Below, piece after piece: positions 1 to 9,386 of a stretch of 64,000 nucleotides of DNA. Each line of letters begins with the position of its first letter. Position 1 is the stretch's first letter. The stretch is from Candidatus Omnitrophota bacterium (GTDB lineage: Bacteria; Omnitrophota; Gorgyraeia; JAFGHF01), in assembly GCA_020341815.1 (NCBI GenBank), contig CP070837.1:692211-756210 (forward strand). The letters run 5' to 3'. Position numbers and translations under genes: made by a program. The notes beneath the pieces are model-generated. The model ran no database searches. It was not told the origin of the DNA and saw only the letters and a list, made by a program, of their open reading frames with translations.

Positions 1-1238
1 TTTGCCAGTATAGCCACAGGCGTTACGATATTAAAATAAAAGGCTGTAATAGGCGCAAGGCCTATCCAGGCCGCTAAGGATGCGGATGCAACCCTAACAA
101 GATAAAAAAGACAACGATTGGATACGGGAAAAAGTCCTTCTATTTTGGGCGTAAAATAGACGATAGAAATCACGCTCAAAAATGAAAGCTGAAATCCCGC
201 TTCAAATAAATAATAGGGGCGCGCAATCAGAATAATCAGCGCCGAAAGCCCCAGGGAATTATATATCTCTATCTCTCTGTTTATCAAATAACCGAATAAG
301 ACGACGCTCGCCATAATGGTTGCCCTGACCACCGAAGGCCGCGCCCCGCTAAGTGAAGCATAAGCAATTAAAACAAGGATAGTAAGAATGAAAGTTAAGC
401 GGCGGCCCAGACGAAATAATTTGAACAGGGCAACTATAATAGAGGCGATCAAGGCTATATGTAAACCGCTGATAGCCAGGATATGAATTGTGCCGGTATG
501 GATGAATAAATCCTTGATATCTTCCGAAAGACTGCTGCGCTCACCTAAAAGAATAGCCGATAAGAGAGAAGCCTCTTTGGGTTCAAGATATTGATAAATA
601 ATCCCGCGCAGTTTTTCCTTGAGATTGAAAACATTCTTGACGAAGTCTCTTTGGGAAGATATCCGCCTAAGCGCGTCTTTTTCCTTTACCTTCAACAAGG
701 CAAAGATATCGTGGTTGGCTAAATATTCCCGATAGTTAAAGCCCCCGGGATTGCGCAGGCTTAAAGGGCGCAGCAGCGACCCCTCAAGAAAAAGCCTATC
801 CCCATATTCTATTTTTCGCTCTCCGTATAGAGTTACCTTGACTAATCCTTCTGTCTTCTGCCAGTTTTGCTTAACTCCTAACTCAGAGGCCCGCAGAATA
901 AAAGTCGTCTTTGGGGTGTGATAAAAGGTCTGAGTAACTTCAGGGGCTGAAGTCACCCTCCCCCGGATAGAGACTTTTTGCGGATTGTTAAAGGCAAAAT
1001 TACGGATATGGGAGGCAGGATATATCTGTGCGTTTTCCAGATGAAGCATTCCGATGAAAAATATACAAGCGCTTAGGGAAAGTGAAAATAAAAGATTTTT
1101 CCTTAAATTAATCAGGGAAAAAGTTAGAAATAGAAGACAGATAACAAAAAGCAAAAATAAAGGGATATGGACGAACCTTCCGCTCCATATCCCCAAACAG
1201 AATAAAATGCAGATTACGCTTAAGGGATTATTTTTCAA
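1..1238 (-). CDS. comEC: ComEC/Rec2 competence protein (3' end runs off the window)
   Basis: Not in the ORF track. Manual translation from TTG at 1238 gives MKNNPLSVICILFCLG...RNPGGFNYREYL...GTIHILAISGLH...RPSVVRATIM...GFQLSF, which are hallmark ComEC motifs. Open to the window edge. Confidence 0.93.
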   Translation of the reverse strand, partial: MKNNPLSVICILFCLGIWSGRFVHIPLFLLFVICLLFLTFSLINLRKNLLFSLSLSACIFFIGMLHLENAQIYPASHIRNFAFNNPQKVSIRGRVTSAPEVTQTFYHTPKTTFILRASELGVKQNWQKTEGLVKVTLYGERKIEYGDRLFLEGSLLRPLSLRNPGGFNYREYLANHDIFALLKVKEKDALRRISSQRDFVKNVFNLKEKLRGIIYQYLEPKEASLLSAILLGERSSLSEDIKDLFIHTGTIHILAISGLHIALIASIIVALFKLFRLGRRLTFILTILVLIAYASLSGARPSVVRATIMASVVLFGYLINREIEIYNSLGLSALIILIARPYYLFEAGFQLSFLSVISIVYFTPKIEGLFPVSNRCLFYLVRVASASLAAWIGLAPITAFYFNIVTPVAILA

Positions 1239-1253
1239 AATACGAATATTTAA

Positions 1254-1835
1254 TTATAGGGCAATGATCTGCATTATGCCTCTTCTTACCATCATCACGG
1301 CTATCGAGGCTAAAAGCAAGGCGGCAACCTTCGACAATGCCCGGGAGCCGGATATCCCGATAATTTTTATTATAATATCCGAGGATAGAAAAATTATGGC
1401 GGCCAGAATTACATTGGCCATTACAGCGATTAAGGTCGGCATCGGGCCATATTCCTGCAGTATAATCAAAGAGGTTGTCAATACAGCAGGCCCCACAATC
1501 AAAGGTATGCCTAAGGGCACGCTGCCCAATTCATTGCTGGGAATACGGCGTTTTTTCACCGGGTTTACGATATCTATTATGGCGATACAAAAAAGCAGCA
1601 TTCCCCCGGCCACCATAAAATCGCCTATAGTAATATTAAGAAACCGAAAGATTGCCTTGCCCAGAAAAATAAAGCCTACGGCCAGGCAAACCGCCGTAAT
1701 AACGGACTGAATAATAACTTTGATTCTTTCTTTATTGTCGAGGCCTTCGGTAAGAGAAACAAAGATGGGTAATACTCCCACTGCATCCACAGCTACGAAT
1801 AAAGGAATAAAGGCTAAAAGAATATTTTTAAACAT
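1254..1835 (-). CDS. MarC family inner-membrane protein
   Basis: FIPLFVAVDAVG...VPLGIPLIVGPA; about 6 TM segments, 193 aa. Confidence 0.9.
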   Translation of the reverse strand: MFKNILLAFIPLFVAVDAVGVLPIFVSLTEGLDNKERIKVIIQSVITAVCLAVGFIFLGKAIFRFLNITIGDFMVAGGMLLFCIAIIDIVNPVKKRRIPSNELGSVPLGIPLIVGPAVLTTSLIILQEYGPMPTLIAVMANVILAAIIFLSSDIIIKIIGISGSRALSKVAALLLASIAVMMVRRGIMQIIAL

Positions 1836-1871
1836 TTCACCGCCCCCCTTTTTAATATCCCTGCTTTTTCC

Positions 1872-2006
1872 CTATTTTTTAGTGAACCTCTCTAAAAGCT
1901 CTTTTATCAGCCGCTCCTGCTCGGCTTTATCATTGGCCATTCTGCGGATTATCATTTTTTGGCGCCTGATGTATTTCCTGACGCCTCGAGGAAATCTTTT
2001 CTTCAT
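1872..2006 (-). CDS. small basic hypothetical protein (44 aa)
   Basis: Manual ORF MKKRFPRGVRKYIRRQKMIIRRMANDKAEQERLIKELLERFTKK fills the comEA-marC gap; GAGAG upstream. Confidence 0.6.
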   Translation of the reverse strand: MKKRFPRGVRKYIRRQKMIIRRMANDKAEQERLIKELLERFTKK

Positions 2007-2017
2007 TGTCGAGCTCT

Positions 2018-2383
2018 CTAAAACAAACTTATCCTGTTCTTTATCTGTTCAAACTTCTTCTGGCCGATGCCGTCAACACGCATCAGCTCTTCTTTATTCT
2101 CGAAGGGGCCGTGTCTCTGGCGGTAATCTGCTATTCTCCGGGCAAGCTTCTCACCTATTCCGGGAAGAGAGGTGAGCTCATTCGGTTTTAAGCTATTGAT
2201 ATTAACGGGCTCATCCTGCCTATCAACCTTATCCGCCAATTGAACGGAAGCTGCCTCATAAGGCTTAAAGTTAAGTTCCAGCTTTTGGCGGCTCTTTTTA
2301 TAGCCTGCAACACCCAGCCCGCTCATAAAGGAGAGGGTGAGAAATATCAGAATTATCTTTTCCTGTCTGGTCAAATCAAGCAT
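2018..2383 (-). CDS. comEA: ComEA family helix-hairpin-helix DNA-binding protein
   Basis: N-terminal TM; VNIN...ELTSLPGIGEKLARRI...ELMRVDGIG HhH repeats. Confidence 0.9.
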   Translation of the reverse strand: MLDLTRQEKIILIFLTLSFMSGLGVAGYKKSRQKLELNFKPYEAASVQLADKVDRQDEPVNINSLKPNELTSLPGIGEKLARRIADYRQRHGPFENKEELMRVDGIGQKKFEQIKNRISLF

Positions 2384-3567
2384 TATTTAAGCACATACCT
2401 AATCCAGGCGCGCTCAAACTGGTCGAGGTCAGAATATTTATTGCTGTAGGTCAAGTTTAAGGCGCTCTCAAAAGGCTGGCCGGATATCAAAAGCTTGCAG
2501 AAATGGGAAAACTTCTCGCGCCCATGCTGGCTAATCAAAAACCCTACCACACTCTGCGCCTGAGCGTAATAAAGCTCCAAGGTCTTTTCCTTTCTTGGAT
2601 AACGTTTTAATTTTACTAATTCCTCGATGGGGATATGCTCTCCTTCCCCAATGCTGTCATGCAGCATGGCATCGGCATAACCGATATTTCCGCTTTCATA
2701 TATTGCCAGGCCCTCATTGAGCCATAAGGGGATATCCTCACCCCCGGCAAAATCATTGAAGATAAGATGCGTCAACTCATGAGGGAAGCCGACTGAAAGA
2801 TAAGCCGTAGATATGCCCCGCAGATATATTTCCTTTTCCCCTGTTTGAGGGACAAAACCGCCGGCGTGGTCAAACTTTTTTACGAATGTCTGTATATACT
2901 CCTGCCACTTTTCTTCATCGGGTATAATAAAGACCTCGCACTTATCCAGCCAATTTATTTCCTTTGCGTAACCTAAATCATAAGCAATCTTTTCGTAATA
3001 ATATTCGGCTTTAGCCCCTACTGCCTTGGCCTGGGCAATATCTTCGTAATAAATAATAAAGTGTTCGCTCTGGCGATTATACCAGTTACCCTTGGCTAAA
3101 AGGGCACGGGCAAGCTCCGTTCGCCCTTTGCGCCCCGGCTGAATAATCTCTCCCCGCTTTATCTTCCTCTTAAGAATATCCCTGATATATTCTTCTCTTT
3201 TCAGGCTATCTCGCTGGGCCTTAAGGACCCATTCGCCCTTATATTTTACCAGGCCTTTATTTATCTGCTCTGCCTCAAATATAGCCTTAGCGCGCCGGGC
3301 TCTTTCTCTTTCCTCCTTAAGCGCAAGCCATTCCTCTTTGAGGGCCCTGTTTCTTTTTTCATCCCATTTTTCCACATAGGCGATGTCGCTTTTGGCAAAG
3401 GTAACCCTGGCGCCGAGTGAGGCCTCCACTTCTAAAACCCTGTCCGTATCCCGAATAATAATGCCTTCCATGATACTGCCGTTATTAAAACAGATAATAT
3501 CCGCTCCGGTTTTATCCGTCCAAGATACTAATCCTAAGACTATTGCCAAAAATATAGCCTTTTTCAA
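2383..3567 (-). CDS. secreted peptidase MA-like zinc metalloprotease
   Basis: Signal peptide; PHELTH...PLWLNEGLA gluzincin motif. Confidence 0.8.
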   Translation of the reverse strand: MKKAIFLAIVLGLVSWTDKTGADIICFNNGSIMEGIIIRDTDRVLEVEASLGARVTFAKSDIAYVEKWDEKRNRALKEEWLALKEERERARRAKAIFEAEQINKGLVKYKGEWVLKAQRDSLKREEYIRDILKRKIKRGEIIQPGRKGRTELARALLAKGNWYNRQSEHFIIYYEDIAQAKAVGAKAEYYYEKIAYDLGYAKEINWLDKCEVFIIPDEEKWQEYIQTFVKKFDHAGGFVPQTGEKEIYLRGISTAYLSVGFPHELTHLIFNDFAGGEDIPLWLNEGLAIYESGNIGYADAMLHDSIGEGEHIPIEELVKLKRYPRKEKTLELYYAQAQSVVGFLISQHGREKFSHFCKLLISGQPFESALNLTYSNKYSDLDQFERAWIRYVLK

Positions 3568-3585
3568 TTCTTCCCCTTTTTGCCG

Positions 3586-6024
3586 TTACAACACTATACT
3601 AACCAGCTTTCTGGGTACAATCAAGAATTTTTTAACAGGCTTTTCTTTTATCCAGGTGGTTACTTTTTCATTATGCAAGACTTGTTCTTTCAAATCTTCT
3701 TCGGTTATGTCATAAGGCACAGTTATCTTAGCGCGCACCCTGCCGTTTATCTGCACCACAATCAAGACCTCTTCTGCCTGAATGGCCTCTTTATCGTAGC
3801 TGGGCCAGGGAAGCTCAAAGATGCTATTTTTCTTTCCCAAGAGCTGCCACATCTCTTCTGCCATATGCGGCACAAACGGAGAGAGCAAAATCACTGTCGC
3901 CTCAAGCGCCTCTTCCCTCGCAACCGCATCCACCCCTTCATCCTGGGCTTTATAAATTTCATTCACCAGCTCCATAATTGCGCTGATAGCAGTATTAAAA
4001 TGGAACTCCCGCTCGATATCCTCGGTTACTTTCTTAATGGTCAGGTGGGTCTTTCTTTTTAGCCAATCGTTTTTCTTGCCTTCTGCAACATTTGGCTGTT
4101 TTATCAGGCGCCACACCCTGTTAAGGAAGCGCCAGGCGCCCTCCACCCCCCTATCATTCCACTCGGCGTCTTTTTCCGGAGGGCCGATAAATAAGGTATA
4201 AAGCCTGACCGTATCGGCGCCGTATTTAGCAATAAGCTCATCGGGGCTGACCACGTTGCCTTTGGACTTGGACATCTTTGCCCCGGATTTTATTATCATG
4301 CCTTGAGTAAACAATCTCTTAAAGGGCTCATCGAAATCCACCAGGCCCAAATCATAAAAAACCTTGGTAATAAAGCGGGAATATAAAAGGTGCAGGATAG
4401 CGTGCTCCACTCCGCCGATATACTGGTCAACGGGCAGCCATTTATTGACAATCTCCCGTTCAAAAGGCCTGTTCTTATCCTTAGGGGAAAGATAGCGCAG
4501 ATAATACCAGCTGGAATCAACAAAGGTATCCATGGTGTCTGTCTCTCTGCGGGCCTTGGCCTTGCATTTAGGACAAGTCGTATTCACGAAAGCCCTGGCC
4601 TGTTTCAAAGGTGACTCTCCGTGCGGCCTGAATTCCACTTTTTCCGGAAGCAGAACCGGAAGGTCTTTCTCATTAACAGGGACTTGCCCGCAATGCTCGC
4701 AATAGATAATAGGAATAGGCGCCCCCCAGTATCTCTGACGGGAAATCAGCCAATCCCTCAGCCGATAGTGAACAGTCCTTTGGCCGATTTTTTTCTTTTC
4801 CATAAAATCGGCTATTTTTTCCATTGCCTGGCGGTTATCCAGGCCGTCAAACTGGGCGGAGTTTACCATTACCCCCTCATCCACATAGGCCCCGCGCATA
4901 GTCTGCGCATTCAAGGCCTCATTAGGATTATCTATGACTACCTCTATCGGCAAATTGTATTTTTTGGCAAATTCAAAGTCTCTTTGGTCATGTGCCGGAA
5001 CAGCCATCACCGCCCCCGTGCCGTATTCCATCAATACATAATTGGCAATCCAGAGAGGAATCTGGCGATTATTTACCGGATTAATTACATACCTGCCTGT
5101 AAAGATTCCTTCTTTTTCTATCTCTGCAGTAGCGCGGGATGCTATATTCTGCTTTCTCACCTTTTCGACAAATGCAAGAATATCGTCTCTATTCGGGGCG
5201 CCCTCTATTAATTTTTCGATATCGGGATGCTCGGCCGCCAGGACCATATAAGTTGCTCCGTATATAGTATCTACCCTGGTAGTAAAACAACTTAAAGCCT
5301 TATCTTCTCCTTCAAGCGGAAAATCTATCCTTACGCCTTCGCTTCTGCCGATCCAATTCTGCTGCATTGTCCTGACGCGCTGGGGCCACTCTTTCAATTT
5401 GGATAAATCATCCAAAAGCCGCTGGGCGTAAGCGGTAATCTTAAAGAACCATTGCTCCAGAACTTTTTCCGTGACTTGATTATCGCATCTCCAGCAGCGG
5501 CCTTCGATAACCTGCTCATTGGCCAGAATAGTCTGGCACGACGGACACCAGTTCACCGCCGCCTTTTTCTTATAGGCAAGGCCCTTTTCATAAAGTTTTA
5601 AGAATATCCACTGGGTCCATTTATAATAATCGGGTAGGCAGGAGGTAACTTCTCTCGACCAGTCATAGCCTGTGCCCCAGGCATCAAGCTGTTTTTTCAT
5701 TCGGGTGATATTTCTCAGGCTTGAGGTTTTGGGGTGGATACCGTCTTTTATTGCCGCATTCTCCGCCGGCAGACCAAAAGCATCCCAACCCATCGGCGTA
5801 AGAACGTTAAAGCCCCGCATCATCATAAAGCGCGCCACCACATCGCCAATGATATAATTGCGGCCATGACCCACGTGCAGGGCCGATGAGGGATAGGGAA
5901 ACATCATCAGGCAGTAATATTTAGTCTTGGGCGAGCGCGGGTCCATCTTAAACAAACCGATTTTACGCCAGAACTTCTGCCATTTAGGCTCGATCTTCTT
6001 GAATGGATAGGAATTTTCTGTCAT
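3586..6024 (-). CDS. leuS: leucine--tRNA ligase
   Basis: MFPYPS..LHVGH, WLISRQRYWG, KMSKS; 812 aa. Confidence 0.98.
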   Translation of the reverse strand: MTENSYPFKKIEPKWQKFWRKIGLFKMDPRSPKTKYYCLMMFPYPSSALHVGHGRNYIIGDVVARFMMMRGFNVLTPMGWDAFGLPAENAAIKDGIHPKTSSLRNITRMKKQLDAWGTGYDWSREVTSCLPDYYKWTQWIFLKLYEKGLAYKKKAAVNWCPSCQTILANEQVIEGRCWRCDNQVTEKVLEQWFFKITAYAQRLLDDLSKLKEWPQRVRTMQQNWIGRSEGVRIDFPLEGEDKALSCFTTRVDTIYGATYMVLAAEHPDIEKLIEGAPNRDDILAFVEKVRKQNIASRATAEIEKEGIFTGRYVINPVNNRQIPLWIANYVLMEYGTGAVMAVPAHDQRDFEFAKKYNLPIEVVIDNPNEALNAQTMRGAYVDEGVMVNSAQFDGLDNRQAMEKIADFMEKKKIGQRTVHYRLRDWLISRQRYWGAPIPIIYCEHCGQVPVNEKDLPVLLPEKVEFRPHGESPLKQARAFVNTTCPKCKAKARRETDTMDTFVDSSWYYLRYLSPKDKNRPFEREIVNKWLPVDQYIGGVEHAILHLLYSRFITKVFYDLGLVDFDEPFKRLFTQGMIIKSGAKMSKSKGNVVSPDELIAKYGADTVRLYTLFIGPPEKDAEWNDRGVEGAWRFLNRVWRLIKQPNVAEGKKNDWLKRKTHLTIKKVTEDIEREFHFNTAISAIMELVNEIYKAQDEGVDAVAREEALEATVILLSPFVPHMAEEMWQLLGKKNSIFELPWPSYDKEAIQAEEVLIVVQINGRVRAKITVPYDITEEDLKEQVLHNEKVTTWIKEKPVKKFLIVPRKLVSIVL

Positions 6025-6026
6025 AG

Positions 6027-6704
6027 TTACGGCTTTAATATCAAATTATTAAACTTTTCTACTTCTTTTATCTGATAGATTGGCCTCTTTTGCTTACTCA
6101 AAATCCGGCAATAACCTTTTTCATTATAAAGCCATCTATCCGAAGTTTTAGCCTTAAGGTCTATCAAATCAATCTTATAATCCCAGCCTGCGATTCGGTA
6201 TATTGTATGGATATGTTTATTTTCAAGTTTTTCTTTTTGTTCCCAAGCTAATGTAAATTGCTCAAGTTCGTCTGCCGATTTTAATATTTTTATTTCTTTA
6301 AAATTTTTATCAAGAATTTTAACTTTTGAAAGCCGAGTTCGTATCTTCTTTACATTTAAAGAATCTAAATCCAGGATAAAACTTCTTTCTTTTTCATCAT
6401 AAATAAGCAATTTCATGCCATATTTTTTAAGATTTGTAATCATTACCCATTGAATATCGTGTTCCATCAAGGGATTTATTATTATTTGATAGATTTTCTT
6501 CTTCCAGATAATTTCATTGCTTTTGATATTTCTTGCTTCGATATAGGCTTTCTGTAACAATTTCCCCATTTCATATACGGCTTTATATTCTATATCTCCA
6601 ACCCTTATTTTATCAGGGTATTCTATATGCATTCTTTTTGCAAAGAGCAAAGAAGGTAGTATTAATAGACATATTAAAAGAATATAAATTGTTTTTGATC
6701 TCAT
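6027..6704 (-). CDS. hypothetical exported protein (AT-rich)
   Basis: 225-aa ORF with signal peptide; stop is 2 nt before the leuS start; GGAG upstream. Confidence 0.7.
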   Translation of the reverse strand: MRSKTIYILLICLLILPSLLFAKRMHIEYPDKIRVGDIEYKAVYEMGKLLQKAYIEARNIKSNEIIWKKKIYQIIINPLMEHDIQWVMITNLKKYGMKLLIYDEKERSFILDLDSLNVKKIRTRLSKVKILDKNFKEIKILKSADELEQFTLAWEQKEKLENKHIHTIYRIAGWDYKIDLIDLKAKTSDRWLYNEKGYCRILSKQKRPIYQIKEVEKFNNLILKP

Positions 6705-6787
6705 CTTATTATTTCTCCATTTTTTACATTATTTGCTCTATATTTGTCTAAATTATCACATTTTTGAAGACGTTACAAGAAAATAGT

Positions 6788-6816
6788 TTGACTTTCTCTA
6801 TCTAAGTAATTATACT
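6788..6816 (+). promoter_or_regulatory. sigma70-type promoter of nfeD
   Basis: TTGACT-17 bp-TATACT; ATG 9 nt downstream, no SD. Confidence 0.6.
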
Positions 6817-6825
6817 ACATATATC

Positions 6826-8142
6826 ATGAAAAAGAGAAAAATTGCCTTAATATTGGCCCTGGTCGTTTTATTTACAGCGGGGCTTTTATTGCCTAAAGGC
6901 TCTTCGCTGCCGCAAGATAAATCCTCTTTAGTATTGGTCGTGGATATCGATGATATGATTATCAATCCTGTGGCCTATGAGGTTATTAGTGAGGCTATCG
7001 ATGAGGCAGAAACAAAAAAAGCTCAATGCGTGGTTATCAGGATGGATACCCCCGGGGGACTCTTAGAAACCACGCACAAAATAGTCAAAGAGATAATGGG
7101 CTCTTCTGTTCCTGTAGCGGTCTATGTCTGGCCCCAGGGAGCAAGGGCGGCTTCTGCAGGAGTATTCATCACTTTAGCCAGCCATGTAGCGGCTATGGCT
7201 GAGTCTACGCATATCGGAGCGGCACACCCTGTAATAATGAATAAGTCCTGGGGTAATATAGATGAAGAGATGCGCCAGAAGGTGCTCAATGACTCCGTGG
7301 CCTGGATTGAATCCCTGGCCAAGGCCAGAGGCCGAAATGCCCTCTGGGCCAAGCAGGCCGTTACCGAAAGTGTCTCCATCACCGAGAAAGAGGCCTTAAG
7401 ATTAAGAGTAGCCGATATCGTAGCTAAAGACTTAGATGAACTATTAAATAAAATAGACGGGCGCACGGTTGAGACCCTCGGACAAAAAGTCACCTTGCAC
7501 ACTAAAGAGGCCCGGGTTGAATTTATCCCTATGAGCCTGCGGCAGAAGTTTCTGAATAACTTAATCAATCCCAATATCGCTTATATCCTGATGCTTCTGG
7601 GATTCTTCGGGCTTTTATATGAAATAACCCACCCCGGCTTTGGCTTCCCGGGGCTGGCGGGGATTATTTCGCTTCTTCTGGCCTTCTATGCATTTCAGGT
7701 CCTGCCTACAAACTACGCCGGGGTTGCCCTGGTAATCGTGGGAATAGCATTTTTCATTATCGAGGCCTTTACCCCTACATTCGGCGCCTTTACTTTGGCG
7801 GGAATCGTCTCTTTGGTCTTTGGCTCAACGATATTATTCAACCAGCCTTATGAGTTCCTGAAAGTATCATTAAAGCTGATTATCCCTGTGGCTGTTTCCT
7901 TAGGATTAATTTCTACATTTCTGATAACCCTGGTAATTAAGGCCCATAGACGAAAAATAACTATCGGACAGGAAGCGCTTATCGGCCAAAGAGCCACAGC
8001 CCAGACAAACATCTCGCCCAAGGGCAAGGTCTTTATCCACGGAGAAATCTGGGATGCCCAGAGCAGCGACAAAATCCTTAAAGGTCAAGAGGTAATTATT
8101 GAGAAGGTGGAAGGATTAAAATTAATAGTAAGGAAAGCTTAA
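6826..8142 (+). CDS. nfeD: NfeD family membrane-bound serine protease
   Basis: MDTPGG, ARAASAG, IGAAHPV, TM region, C-terminal OB fold (GKVFIHGEIWDA). Confidence 0.93.
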   Translation: MKKRKIALILALVVLFTAGLLLPKGSSLPQDKSSLVLVVDIDDMIINPVAYEVISEAIDEAETKKAQCVVIRMDTPGGLLETTHKIVKEIMGSSVPVAVYVWPQGARAASAGVFITLASHVAAMAESTHIGAAHPVIMNKSWGNIDEEMRQKVLNDSVAWIESLAKARGRNALWAKQAVTESVSITEKEALRLRVADIVAKDLDELLNKIDGRTVETLGQKVTLHTKEARVEFIPMSLRQKFLNNLINPNIAYILMLLGFFGLLYEITHPGFGFPGLAGIISLLLAFYAFQVLPTNYAGVALVIVGIAFFIIEAFTPTFGAFTLAGIVSLVFGSTILFNQPYEFLKVSLKLIIPVAVSLGLISTFLITLVIKAHRRKITIGQEALIGQRATAQTNISPKGKVFIHGEIWDAQSSDKILKGQEVIIEKVEGLKLIVRKA

Positions 8143-8168
8143 CAAATTAAGATTGGGAGGTGTTTAAT

Positions 8169-8909
8169 ATGTGGAAGACTTTCGCTATTATTATTGTGCT
8201 CTGGCTGTTAAACTGCATCAAAATACTGCGGGAATATGAAAGAGCGGTAATCTTTCGCCTGGGACGCGTCCTGGCCCAGCCAAAAGGCCCGGGTGTCATC
8301 TTCGTATTCATCCCCTTTGACCGCTCAGAAAGAGTGAGCCTGCGCACCATTACCTTAGATGTGCCGCCTCAGGATATAATCACCAGAGATAACGTCTCGG
8401 TAAAGGTCAATGCCGTTGTATATTACCGGGTAATGGACCCCATCAAGGCAATTACCGAAATCGAAAACTATAATTTCGCTACCTCGCAAATATCCCAGAC
8501 AACCTTAAGAAGCGTGGTCGGCCAGGTGCCCCTTGATGATTTGCTCTCCAACAGGGAAAAAATAAACGCCTCTTTGCAGGAGATAATCGATAAGCAAACC
8601 GACCCCTGGGGTATCAAGGTCTCGGTGGTTGAGATAAAGCATGTGGACCTGCCCTCTGAGATGCAAAGGGCAATGGCCCGTCAGGCCGAGGCCGAAAGAG
8701 AACGCCGGGCCAAGATAATCAGCGCCGAAGGAGAATCCCAGGCAGCCCTGAAGCTGAAAGAGGCCGCCGAAACCATTGCCGAGCACCCCATGGCGCTTCA
8801 GATGAGATATCTGCAGACCTTAGCGGATATGTCTTCGGAACGCTCTTCTATCGTGGTACTTCCGCTTCCGCTTGAGTTCTTAAAGGCCCTCAGCGCCAAA
8901 AAAAGTTGA
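8169..8909 (+). CDS. SPFH/stomatin (slipin) family protein
   Basis: [42 protein letters not shown]; canonical nfeD partner; GGGAGG favours the ATG at 8169. Confidence 0.95.
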   Translation: MWKTFAIIIVLWLLNCIKILREYERAVIFRLGRVLAQPKGPGVIFVFIPFDRSERVSLRTITLDVPPQDIITRDNVSVKVNAVVYYRVMDPIKAITEIENYNFATSQISQTTLRSVVGQVPLDDLLSNREKINASLQEIIDKQTDPWGIKVSVVEIKHVDLPSEMQRAMARQAEAERERRAKIISAEGESQAALKLKEAAETIAEHPMALQMRYLQTLADMSSERSSIVVLPLPLEFLKALSAKKS

Positions 8910-8913
8910 GATA

Positions 8914-8942
8914 TTGACAAATCAGGCCTTAGATGGTATAAG
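8914..8942 (+). promoter_or_regulatory. sigma70-type promoter of tRNA-Ala
   Basis: TTGACA-17 bp-TATAAG with extended TG. Confidence 0.7.
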
Positions 8943-8958
8943 GGGTAAGTAAATTCGG

Positions 8959-9032
8959 GGGGCTGTGGTGAAGCGGGATCACATCACAATGGCATTGTGA
9001 TATCACGGGTTCGATTCCCGTCAGCTCCACCA
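8959..9032 (+). tRNA. tRNA-Ala(GGC)
   Basis: GGGGCTG/CAGCTCC acceptor stem with G3:U70; anticodon arm TCACA-ATGGCAT-TGTGA; GGTTCGATTCC; CCA end. Confidence 0.95.
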
Positions 9033-9112
9033 AAATTGTTCCACAATTTTGGTGAGATCTCGCCCGTCTCACCATTTAGAATTTCAAAGAGGTGGACGAG
9101 GCGGATCCACCA
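9026..9112. repeat. two tandem hairpins bounded by a TCCACCA direct repeat of the tRNA-Ala 3' end
   Basis: CACCAAAATTGT-tcc-ACAATTTTGGTG overlaps the CCA end; then imperfect TCTCGCCCGTCTCACC...GGTGGACGAGGCGGA; TCCACCA at 9026-9032 and 9106-9112. Confidence 0.7.
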
Positions 9113-9132
9113 TTTTTCTACATAAGGTCTTT

Positions 9133-9369
9133 TCAGGAAGAAGAGAGAACCTCTTTTATCTCATCTACGGTAGGAATCCTGCCGGATAGTCTAACCTTGC
9201 CATCTATAATTACTGCCGGGGTAAACATTACTCCCTTCTCGGCAAACTCGGCTACATTTGTAAGCTTGGTAACTTCAGCATCAATTCCCAGCTCTTTTAT
9301 TGCCTCTTCTACGTTCTTCTCCGTTGCTTTGCATCTGGGGCACCCGGGACCCGCAATCTCAATTTTCAT
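9133..9369 (-). CDS. small redox-active disulfide protein (MTH895/TM0996-like thioredoxin fold)
   Basis: MKIEIAGPGCPRC...GVMFTPAVIIDG. Confidence 0.9.
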   Translation of the reverse strand: MKIEIAGPGCPRCKATEKNVEEAIKELGIDAEVTKLTNVAEFAEKGVMFTPAVIIDGKVRLSGRIPTVDEIKEVLSSS

Positions 9370-9386
9370 CTTTACTCCCTTTCTGT

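Noticed and set aside
1836-1852. AAAGGGGGCGGTGAAATG upstream of marC resembles the family A right end
   Set aside because: No left inverted arm or duplication; adequately explained as an SD region
1054-2175. Plus-strand ORFs of 218 and 151 aa
   Set aside because: Antisense shadows of comEC, marC and comEA with no recognisable motifs; most other short opposite-strand ORFs in the track were dismissed likewise
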